From: Pseudomonadota bacterium
GTDB taxonomy: Bacteria; Bdellovibrionota; FAC87; UBA2466
Assembly (NCBI GenBank): GCA_043767805.1
Contig: JAYUGC010000144.1
Location: 1-25,608 of the forward strand
Direction of reading: 5' to 3'
Length of the DNA stretch: 25,608 bases
Part shown: positions 17,807 to 25,608 of the stretch, one piece after another
Layout: each line of letters starts with the position of its first letter
Numbering within the stretch: position 1 is the first letter of the stretch
Position numbers and translations under genes: made by a program
The notes under the pieces: model-generated
Databases searched by the model: none
What the model saw: the letters and a program-made list of their open reading frames with translations, nothing else
Told to the model about the DNA's origin: nothing

Positions 17807-18559
17807 ATGAATATTCGGCTCGACATTGAATACGACGGCTCTGATTTCTGCGGCTGGCAGCGTCAGCTTGATCGGCCCACCATTCAGGCTTCCATCGAAG
17901 ACGTGGTAGCCAAGGTGGAAGGCCGTCGCGTGATCGTATTCGGCGCGGGCCGCACCGATAGCGGCGTGCACGCCAAAGGCCAGGTCGCCAACTTCGAGTC
18001 CCGTTATCCGATTCCGGTGGAGCGCTGGAGCAATATCCTCAATACGCATTTGCCGCCCACGATCCGCATTCAGCGCGCCAGCGTGCAGCCGCCGCATTTT
18101 CACGCTCAGAAAAGCGCCGTCACCAAAATTTACGAGTACCGCATTTTGAACCGCGGTTCGGCGAGCGCGCTCGATCGCCGTTACCTTTTTCACCCGCTCG
18201 ACATCGATTGGGACAAGATGCGACAAGCCGCGGCGTGTTTCGTGGGCACTCATGACTTCGCTTCGTTTCAGGGAGCGAACGCGACCACGAAGACCACGAT
18301 TCGGACGCTTCTAAAATTCGATCTTCTGGACGAAGGGCAGGGGTATTATAGATTTGTAGTCGAAGGGACGGGCTTTCTAAAGCACATGGTCCGTAACCTC
18401 ATTGGAACCATCCTCGAAATTGGGGAGGGCAAACGGGCGCTAGAAGACATTCCGACGATTTTGGCGAGCCGAGACCGGCGCAGAGCGGGCAAGACCGCCC
18501 CGGCCCACGGGCTTTGCCTCGTCCGGGTGAATTATGCGGGAGAGGAGCTCCTGTGCTAG
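17807..18559 (+). CDS. truA: tRNA pseudouridine(38-40) synthase TruA
   Basis: YDGSDFCGWQ, GAGRTDSGVHA (catalytic Asp), GTHDFASF, FLKHMVR, TAPAHGLCL. Confidence 0.97.
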   Translation: MNIRLDIEYDGSDFCGWQRQLDRPTIQASIEDVVAKVEGRRVIVFGAGRTDSGVHAKGQVANFESRYPIPVERWSNILNTHLPPTIRIQRASVQPPHFHAQKSAVTKIYEYRILNRGSASALDRRYLFHPLDIDWDKMRQAAACFVGTHDFASFQGANATTKTTIRTLLKFDLLDEGQGYYRFVVEGTGFLKHMVRNLIGTILEIGEGKRALEDIPTILASRDRRRAGKTAPAHGLCLVRVNYAGEELLC

Positions 18560-19383
18560 ATCGGCGCTGGCCTTCTTATTCGCTCGGCTGGTTCGTCCTC
18601 ATTGCGCTGCTCGTTCATGTAGCGGTTTTGCAGTTTACCTTTTTTCACCAGCCCCTACCGAACCTAGCGGACGGAAAAACGAAGACGGACGATAAGGCCA
18701 TCGAGGTCACCCCGTACGACCCGAAGACGGATCCCCACAAGCCCGTCGTTCAAACGGAAGAAGCCGTCAAGCAAGAGCCCGATGACAAGCCAGCCCGCTT
18801 TGTCGGCGAGGTCAGGAATCGAGTGAAGCAGGAGAGCCGCGCCGAGCATAGCGGCCGCTTTCAGCAGGGGCAGCGCATTCCCACCGTCCCCTATCCCTCA
18901 GGTCCTGGCGAAGGGGGCGCGCGCGAGGATAAATCGTTTTCCGATCTTCTCGCCTTTCCGCAAAGCCCGAACGCGGTTCCGGGTGACGTCGCCAGGGGCG
19001 CTCAGACTTTGCTCAATACCGATCCGGTGCTTTACGCCGGCTTCATCAACCGCGTGGCGGATGAGATTTACGATGCCTGGGTAGCTCACGCGGGCGTTGC
19101 CGTCGATAAAGTGTACGCCGCCGGCGGAAGACTTGGCGCGGCCGTTTACATCACGAAGCTTACGGTAGTACTAAACCGGAGTGGCGAAGTGGCCTCCCTT
19201 CGCGTCTTGAAGAGCTCTGGCGTGAACGAGCTAGATGAAGCGCCGAAAGACGCTTTCTGGGACTCCGAGCCCTTTCCCAATCCGCCCACGCAGATGTTCG
19301 ACGACGATGGCCTGGTGCGTTTCGTCTATGAGTTTCACTTCGAGTGGAAGTCCTCCGGCTTCAATATCGTCCCACTCATCTAA
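18553..19383 (+). CDS. TonB/TolA-like energy transducer (N-terminal TM with His, TonB C-terminal domain), ~276 aa
   Basis: TM ...IALLVHVAVL; C-terminal LNRSGEVASLRVLKSSGVNELDEA...PFPNPP. GTG at 18553 with a GAGGAG RBS, overlapping the truA stop. Confidence 0.8.
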   Translation: MLDRRWPSYSLGWFVLIALLVHVAVLQFTFFHQPLPNLADGKTKTDDKAIEVTPYDPKTDPHKPVVQTEEAVKQEPDDKPARFVGEVRNRVKQESRAEHSGRFQQGQRIPTVPYPSGPGEGGAREDKSFSDLLAFPQSPNAVPGDVARGAQTLLNTDPVLYAGFINRVADEIYDAWVAHAGVAVDKVYAAGGRLGAAVYITKLTVVLNRSGEVASLRVLKSSGVNELDEAPKDAFWDSEPFPNPPTQMFDDDGLVRFVYEFHFEWKSSGFNIVPLI

Positions 19384-19422
19384 TTTGCTAAACGTGGAAT
19401 ATCAGGAGGGAGGGCAATAAAA

Positions 19423-20526
19423 TTGACGACATGGCGTGTCCGGAAACTTCTTGCGTATGTGTCGTACCTGGCCGTAGTTTCCTTTGCGCTTTGCGAGGTC
19501 GTCGTTCGTATCTCGGGGTACTCTGCTCGCTATATTTCCGATCCCATCTACACCAGCTTTCCAGGCTCTCCCGACATTGGCTATGTTCACAAACCTAACC
19601 TGAAGCAAGCCTTGGCGCGAGGACGCTCTCTCATCGATACAAACGAGTATGGCTTGCGGACAAGCCCGACGCACATTGCCAGGAGAGACACGACCACGCC
19701 GCCCCTTAGAATGGCCGTCTTCGGTGCCTCTTCGACATTTGGGGAAGGAGTCCGGGGCTCCGAGACCTTTGCCTCTCGCCTCGAGGAAATGCTGAACCAG
19801 GCCGGGAGTGAACGGCCCGTCGAAGTGATTAATTATGGCGTTTCGGGTTACAGCGTAAAAACCATGGAAGCCACTCTGTTACATCGTTATGGCGAGTACA
19901 GACCTTCGTTCTGTCTTATTGCGCTCAGCCAGAACGATTTCAATGTGCCAGGTCGATCGGCAAAAGTGGATAGCTCGGGGTATACCTATAATAGTTGGCG
20001 CTCGGGTTCCCTCTTGAGCGATTTTCCGACGATTCCCCTGCTAATATTGAGGAGAATCCACTTAACTTATTTGATCCGTGATCTCATGAATTGGAACAGA
20101 ACACTGTTTTCTAGCCGAGATGTGGCCGATGGGGGCGCCGGTCGGGCGCATTCCGAGCTTCCCTCGACGTACGGGCACCTGCTTGGGTTCCATCAAAAGG
20201 CCACGGCATTTCAGTGTAGGAGCGCCACCGTCTTACTTCCTGGTCCAACTTGGGATTTTTCTGCAATCAGGCGGCAGCACCGCCTGGATGAGATTCCCTT
20301 CATCGATCTAACCGACGTTGGATCGTCTTTTACCCGTGAGCAGTTCCGCGTTAGCCGGTGGGACCATCATCCCTCTCCGGAGGTGCACCGTCGCCTAGCT
20401 CTGAGATTGAAAGAAGAGCTGACTCAAAGGTGGTTGGGCGCGTCTCCTCAAGACGGTTTGGCGACGATATCCAAACGTCCCCGAAGGACCACCCCGTGGC
20501 GGCGTCCTACTTGTGGCGAAGAGTGA
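19423..20526 (+). CDS. Membrane-anchored SGNH/GDSL hydrolase family protein
   Basis: N-terminal TM; block I FGASSTFG, block II NYGVSGYS, block III QNDF, block V WDHHPS. TTG start with a GGAGG RBS. AT-richer than its neighbours. Confidence 0.8.
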   Translation: MTTWRVRKLLAYVSYLAVVSFALCEVVVRISGYSARYISDPIYTSFPGSPDIGYVHKPNLKQALARGRSLIDTNEYGLRTSPTHIARRDTTTPPLRMAVFGASSTFGEGVRGSETFASRLEEMLNQAGSERPVEVINYGVSGYSVKTMEATLLHRYGEYRPSFCLIALSQNDFNVPGRSAKVDSSGYTYNSWRSGSLLSDFPTIPLLILRRIHLTYLIRDLMNWNRTLFSSRDVADGGAGRAHSELPSTYGHLLGFHQKATAFQCRSATVLLPGPTWDFSAIRRQHRLDEIPFIDLTDVGSSFTREQFRVSRWDHHPSPEVHRRLALRLKEELTQRWLGASPQDGLATISKRPRRTTPWRRPTCGEE

Positions 20527-20631
20527 AAGAGCCGGTCGGAGTGTATGACGCGAATCGCCAGTGAGTGCCACCAAACCCCGCTCACACAATTCAACGCAAA
20601 TAATCACAAACAAATCCTAAAAGGTAGGCCG

Positions 20632-21525
20632 CTAGATTGTCATAGCCAACGCAACGAACCGGGAAGGGCAAAGGATGGCCGAGGGGACTGCCCTCCCGAC
20701 TTCGAAGGGCAGTCCTCTCGGGTAAGCTCTGGCGTCCGCGGTTGGGCTAACGGTGAGCTTACTTAAGCGCGCCTGGAGGCGCTGATCTAGGTCCTCTACC
20801 TGCTGGGGAGTCAGGCGAAAAATATTAGATTGGTTGTGGTACACGCGCGCGACCGTGACGATATCCGATGGCTTGAAGCCGTAATGCTCGGCCTTCGCGA
20901 TGAGCTCCTGCACCGTCATCAGAGGCTGCACTGGCTCGCCCTCGGGCTCTTCCAGCGTTTCCGGAATCGTTTGCGCTGCCGTGGCGTTGAAAGGAAGGTC
21001 CGGTCCTTGATTGGACTCCAGCTGGTTTAGGAAATCCTTGAACGTCGCATCGCCAATCATCTCGAAACCCACTTCGAACGCGGGGAAATTGCTCTTCACC
21101 ACTTGAAAAACACGTACGATCTCGCCGTCTCTTTCCTGGACGGAAACCTCCGCCATGACGTCCACGAAATACTCGAGCCCTCCCGCCGTCATCGGCAGAA
21201 CCTGGCCCACTTCGTTGTCTTCCTTGAACTCTTTGCCTCGCGCCGCGATTTGGTCGACGATGACCACCGATTTGCCGCTCTCCATGCAAAGTCGCCGGAG
21301 CACTCTTTTTAAAACCATCTGATCCGCGGCGAGCTCCTCAGCCGAGGGCTGGGCAAGGGGATTGCCCGTTCGCTCTCTGACGGCGGTAATCGTTTCGCTG
21401 TGCTTCGCGCCGAAATAGGCCGCCCACGAATCGAGCGCGATGAACTCAGGGAGCTCGTCGGGCTTCTCGATCTCGATACCGTCGAATTGAGAGCCCACTC
21501 CAGGAAGCAAGCGGGATTTTCTCTC
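20632..21525 (-). pseudogene. N-terminally truncated RecA-fold ATPase (AAA_24/Sak4-like) remnant
   Basis: Walker B-like IALDSW, VVIVDQ strand, GLEYFVDV and VVKSN motifs resemble RecA-superfamily/AAA_24 proteins. No Walker A is present, and an in-frame TAG lies just upstream of ERKSRLL. The ORF track start is TTG 21510. Confidence 0.5.
20679..20721. terminator. Strong 16-bp stem-loop (terminator-like) between the convergent SGNH and ATPase-like genes
   Basis: CCGAGGGGACTGCCCT-N11-AGGGCAGTCCTCTCGG (one G-U on the + strand). No clean U-tract. Confidence 0.45.
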
Positions 21526-21656
21526 CCCCTGAAGACAACCAGTCTAAACCTCGGCATCGCCGTTGCACAGAGGCCATTGGCTTCCCAAAAGGGAGCAGAC
21601 CCGAGCATCGCGGACTGGGCCAAGAAAGCCAAAGTCTCGTCGTATCTCTCGGGGCT

Positions 21657-24600
21657 TTAGAGCTGGAAATCGATGAAGGGAAGATCTTCAGGCGTGCGGT
21701 GGCCCGCGGTGGCGGCGTCGCCCCGGTTGACGGCGTCGTTTAGCCCGAGAGCGCCGAACTCATTTTTGCCCCAGCATTTCACGCCGGCATCAAACCAGGC
21801 GCACATGTGGAACGCGCCCGCCGCGAGGGAGCCGGGAACCGCCGGGCTCGCGCTAAAGAAGGAAATCCCCGTGAGGGCGGCACCCATCTGGCTCGGGTCC
21901 GTGCCGCGAGAGACGATGTCGTTCTTTCCGAGCTGACCGAACCGATTGCTACCCCAGCATTTGACCGCGCCGCTCGCGAGTCGCGCGCACACGGAAGAAG
22001 TGCCGGCCGCGATTTCAAGAGCGCTTTGTCCGCCGAGATCGATTTTGTTCAAGAGGGGCATGTGGGAAGGCGCGATGCCGTAGCCGTGGAGCGCGATGGA
22101 ATAGTTCGCATCCGAGCAAGAGCCGGGAATACCGAGCTCGTTCAAGCAAAAGAGATTGCCCAAGACGCCCTGCTGGTTTCTTCCCCAGCATTTTACGCCG
22201 CCGTCATCGAGGCGCGCGCAGGTGAACCCGCCACCAGCGGATACTTGAGTCGCGGTGCGGCCGGAGCCGAGATTGACGGCCGGAAGGCTCGCGCCCATCA
22301 GGTGACCCGCCGCGAGGCTATCGCCGCGGTTGACGTAGTCGCCTTGGCCTAATTGTCCAAAGAAGTTTTCGCCCCAGCACTTGACCGTGCCGTTCATGAG
22401 CCGCGCGCAGCTATGGCCGGCGTTCAGAGCTAGCTCGGCGATGCCGATGGGCCCGAGATCGAGGGGCCGAAGCGAAGCCATCTCGGTCGCATCCCGGCCG
22501 ACGTTCTGGGTATTGCCTTGGCCGAGCTGTCCGTAAGTGTTGTCGCCGAAACATTTAGCTTTGCCGTTGTCCAGCAAAACGCAGGTATGAGCGTAACCGC
22601 CGACGACCGACACGGGCTTGGCAGTTCCCCCATTTCCCAAGATCACGAGCGCAGACGCTGAGCTTGGGTCCGAGATGAAGTCCGCGTTCGAGCCGCTTCC
22701 GAGCTGGCCCGCGCCGTTCGCGCCCCAGCAACGGAGCTCGTCATTTTCCAAGATGGCGCAGGTATGCCAGTCGCCGAGACCAAATTCTTTTACCCAGTGA
22801 CCCGCGCCGAAGCTGATGGATGCCGAGCTCGCCGAGACTTCGCCGCCGGCATCGCCGCTATTGTTGCTGAGGTTACTGTTACCGAGCTGGCCGCGGCGGT
22901 TGTCGCCCCAGCATTTGAGCTGGCCGATGTCCTGTCGGACGCAGGTGTGCTCGCCGTGCGCGCGCACCAGAACGGGAACGATGCCAGTGCCGGTCACGTT
23001 GGCCGAGGTCACCACGGGCGATCCCGCGTTTTGGTAGCTGAAAGTGAGAGGCTCGCTTTTCGTGCCCGGGACCGAGGGGGAGAAGCGAATGGAAACGTTG
23101 CAGCTCGCGGCCGCGGCCAAGGTCGCGCCGCAACCATTGGTGACGACCGAGAACGGCGCGGCCGGGCCCGAGGAGAGAGAAACGTTCGTTGCGCTGGTCG
23201 AACCGGTGTTGGTCAACACCACGTTATGCGGGGAAGACATCGTTCCCACCGGAATCTTGCCAAAGCCGAAGCCCGCCAAAGACAGGCTCGCCGAGCGAAC
23301 GCCAGTACCGGAGAGAGCGAAAGAAAGGCTACGAGTGATTAGTCCATCGTGCCACTGTACGGTGACGGTCGCCGAAGAGAGGACATCGCTGGTCGGAGAG
23401 AACTTCGGGATAATAGAGCAGCTGCCCGAGGACAAAGTCGCCGCGCAACTTTGGGTTTGGAAGCTAAAGGGTGCGCTCAGGGCCGAGACTGTAATCAGTT
23501 TCGCGGGCACGTCGCCGCCGAGAGTGAGGACGAGGGCGGGGCTTTGCGTTTTGGACGAGAGGAGAATCACGTTACCGAAATCGTAAGAGGCGAGACTCGG
23601 GGTAAGCGTCGAGGGATTTCCGCCCGCGCCGGTAAGGTTGAAGGTCGTGCTTTGCATCGCGCCGCTGCCGTCGTTCCACCCCACCGTCACGGTGCTGTTT
23701 GCCGCGCCACGGACCGTGGGGGTGAAGGTGATCTTGAAAGTGCAGTTCGCGCTCGCGGTGGTGGGCGCGCAGGTGCCGCCGCCGGGAAAGCCGCCAGTGA
23801 ATGAGTAGGGAGCGCTAACGCCGGAGAAAGTGATTTGAGAAGCCCCAGGACTCCCACCGAAAAACTGGAGCGTGCCGGTAAGCGTGGAGCTTCCGCCGAT
23901 GACCACCGTTCCGAAATTGAGAGTCGACACGACGAGCTTCGCCGAGTTGGTTCCCGTGCCGTTCAAGGTGATGTCGATAGAGCGGGTCTGGGCAACGCTC
24001 GCGACCATAGCGCCGTCTTGATAGGTGATGCCGAGGGGAGCCGTGAAGGCGTCCGCCGCCACCGGCTTGAACTTCACCGTATAAGAGCAGCTCGTGCCAG
24101 GCTCGATGCGCGCGCAGGCGCCAGTATAAGAGAAGGGCACCGAGGCGCCCGTAAGGCCGGTCACCGCGGTCACGGTGGCGGCGACGTTGGTCGCGGCGTT
24201 GGAGAGAGTGAAAGTCTTACTCAGCGTGAAATTGAGGGGCTGCGTACCGAAAACGTTGGGCGACGTTTGATTGATGGTGAGCGCCGCCGCCGCGCCGCCG
24301 CTTCCCTTCACGAGGGTCGTGATGGGCACGACGGTCGACGTAAGGCCGTTCGTGTAATTCAAGGTCAGAGTTGCCTGGCGCGCGCCCGCGCTCGCCGTGA
24401 AGGTCACGACGACGTTACAAGTGGCCACCGTTTTCAAAGGAGGACAGGTGGTCGATTCCAGCGCGAAATCGTTCGCGCCCGTTCCCGCCGCCGGAGTAAA
24501 CGTAATCCCGCTCAAGGTCGCGGCTTGAGTGGCCGTGGTGTCGTTGTTCACGACTACCGTGATGGACTTCGTGGTTCCATTGAGAATCCGCCCGGCGTCG

Positions 24601-25535
24601 TTCGTACCGCTCGCGAAAGCAAGCGTCGCCGCTTTCGGAATCCCACTCGTGGTTCCGGTGAGCGGCATGAGTTGGCGTTCGCCCCACTCGCCGTTGTTAT
24701 AGGTCACTTCCAAAGTACCCATGTGCGAAACGTTGCCGCTACCGGCCACGACGCCCGCGCCGGTGTAAGCCAAGGTCAGATTGCAAACAAGGGAGCCATT
24801 CGCCCGGGGAAGCGTGCTCGGACAATCATTCGAGACAAGGGAGAAAGCGCTGGTGGAGGGACGAAGCGCAAATTGAATCTGCGACGCGGGCTTCAAGCCG
24901 GCGTACCGAACGGTGAGGTTCTTTTGAAAGACTTGGGCGTTGACGACCGTGCCGAAGTCGATGCTGCTCAAAGGGGTCGTGGCGCCCGACTCGTAATAGG
25001 CGAGAAACGCGTGGTCGTTGCCTTTGCCTCTGAGGTCCAGGGAAGCCGTGCGGCTCGCAACGCCGTCGTTATAGGTTGAAGTGATTCGGGAGGTGGCCAT
25101 GTCGAGCGAGACCGGCACGAAGGAGATGACCAAAGCGCAGCTTTGCTTTGCTCCGAGAGTCGCGCCGCATGTGCCGCCCCGGCCAGGCGCGGGACCGTCT
25201 TTGAAGGCGAAAGGCGCGACGAGGGCCGCCCAGGTGAGCTGGGTGGCGGTGGTCTCGCCTTCGTTCTTCACGGTAACCGAAAGAAAATTGTAGGAGTTCA
25301 CCGACGGATCGCCGAAATCCATTTGTGCGACTGCAAAGGACAAGAGCGCCGGATCCGGAAGCGGCGTCGCGATCGGCGTGGGTGTCGGAGTGCCTTGGCC
25401 GCCGAAGATGGTGGAGTTGGGATCGGGGGGCGGCGTGGGCGTTCCCACGCCATGCACGAAATCGGCGGAGCAAGCCGCGAGGCTCAGTGACAGCGCGGCC
25501 TTGGCCAAGACAGATGTAAGGCGTCGAAAGTTCAT
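21657..25535 (-). CDS. Large surface lipoprotein: 7 choice-of-anchor D/ASPM-SPD-2-Hydin-like Ig domains plus a 7-repeat RCC1/BLIP-II beta-propeller, ~1292 aa
   Basis: Lipobox LSLAA-C; PT-rich linker; seven ~110-aa repeats (xFGxV...F...C-x7-12-C...FxP...Y/WxD/NG...LxGxG); seven HTC...KCWGxNxxGQLG-type repeats. An alternative GTG start exists at 25565. Confidence 0.9.
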   Translation of the reverse strand: MNFRRLTSVLAKAALSLSLAACSADFVHGVGTPTPPPDPNSTIFGGQGTPTPTPIATPLPDPALLSFAVAQMDFGDPSVNSYNFLSVTVKNEGETTATQLTWAALVAPFAFKDGPAPGRGGTCGATLGAKQSCALVISFVPVSLDMATSRITSTYNDGVASRTASLDLRGKGNDHAFLAYYESGATTPLSSIDFGTVVNAQVFQKNLTVRYAGLKPASQIQFALRPSTSAFSLVSNDCPSTLPRANGSLVCNLTLAYTGAGVVAGSGNVSHMGTLEVTYNNGEWGERQLMPLTGTTSGIPKAATLAFASGTNDAGRILNGTTKSITVVVNNDTTATQAATLSGITFTPAAGTGANDFALESTTCPPLKTVATCNVVVTFTASAGARQATLTLNYTNGLTSTVVPITTLVKGSGGAAAALTINQTSPNVFGTQPLNFTLSKTFTLSNAATNVAATVTAVTGLTGASVPFSYTGACARIEPGTSCSYTVKFKPVAADAFTAPLGITYQDGAMVASVAQTRSIDITLNGTGTNSAKLVVSTLNFGTVVIGGSSTLTGTLQFFGGSPGASQITFSGVSAPYSFTGGFPGGGTCAPTTASANCTFKITFTPTVRGAANSTVTVGWNDGSGAMQSTTFNLTGAGGNPSTLTPSLASYDFGNVILLSSKTQSPALVLTLGGDVPAKLITVSALSAPFSFQTQSCAATLSSGSCSIIPKFSPTSDVLSSATVTVQWHDGLITRSLSFALSGTGVRSASLSLAGFGFGKIPVGTMSSPHNVVLTNTGSTSATNVSLSSGPAAPFSVVTNGCGATLAAAASCNVSIRFSPSVPGTKSEPLTFSYQNAGSPVVTSANVTGTGIVPVLVRAHGEHTCVRQDIGQLKCWGDNRRGQLGNSNLSNNSGDAGGEVSASSASISFGAGHWVKEFGLGDWHTCAILENDELRCWGANGAGQLGSGSNADFISDPSSASALVILGNGGTAKPVSVVGGYAHTCVLLDNGKAKCFGDNTYGQLGQGNTQNVGRDATEMASLRPLDLGPIGIAELALNAGHSCARLMNGTVKCWGENFFGQLGQGDYVNRGDSLAAGHLMGASLPAVNLGSGRTATQVSAGGGFTCARLDDGGVKCWGRNQQGVLGNLFCLNELGIPGSCSDANYSIALHGYGIAPSHMPLLNKIDLGGQSALEIAAGTSSVCARLASGAVKCWGSNRFGQLGKNDIVSRGTDPSQMGAALTGISFFSASPAVPGSLAAGAFHMCAWFDAGVKCWGKNEFGALGLNDAVNRGDAATAGHRTPEDLPFIDFQL

Positions 25536-25608
25536 GGTGGTCGCTGAAAAAAACGAGAGACTCACGTAGGTGATCGCGAGTTAGCTGTGCGGTTGCCCGA
25601 GGTAAGAG

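Noticed and set aside
21535..21620. Possible ncRNA (CCAGTC/GACTGG and CTCGG/CCGAG pairings; SRP-like GGGAGCAG)
   Set aside because: Stems are short and the SRP CAGG motif and GNRA loop are missing; this cannot be separated from chance in GC-rich DNA without an Rfam scan.
21657..22970. Diversity-generating retroelement target in the RCC1 head
   Set aside because: No near-identical template/variable repeat pair and no reverse transcriptase seen in the window.
25562..25608. 3' end of an upstream minus-strand gene
   Set aside because: Two frames are plausible (TGA at 25562-25564 overlapping the GTG, or TAA at 25581-25583); too short to decide.

Overview
A high-GC bacterial chromosomal region. 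The protein families and motifs suggest a Bdellovibrionota/Oligoflexia-like or other former deltaproteobacterium, but this is an inference. Left to right: dppB (partial, absent from the ORF track) and dppA. A divergent intergenic region with sigma54-like promoters on both sides follows, then a secreted/anchored hypothetical protein, an S8 subtilase, a bidirectional terminator and a REP-doublet-like 26-bp inverted-repeat element. Next is a minus-strand run: TMTC-like GT-C/TPR protein, VTT(DedA)-flavoprotein disulfide reductase fusion, a small secreted gene interrupted by an in-frame TAG, a ThDP enzyme (ALS-like) and an ALDH21-like dehydrogenase. A plus-strand operon follows (ftsH, small acidic protein, psd, pssA, asd, truA, TonB-C protein). 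After it is an atypical islet with an SGNH hydrolase and a truncated RecA-fold/AAA_24-like ORF, and finally a ~1290-aa surface lipoprotein with 7 Ig-like domains and a 7-blade RCC1 propeller. No rRNA, tRNA, CRISPR array or intact transposase was seen. The best leads are a probable 2-oxoglutarate decarboxylase/NADP-SSADH TCA bypass and a translationally coupled TMTC-like glycosyltransferase + DedA-reductase module. All family assignments come from motif recognition by eye; no database searches were run.
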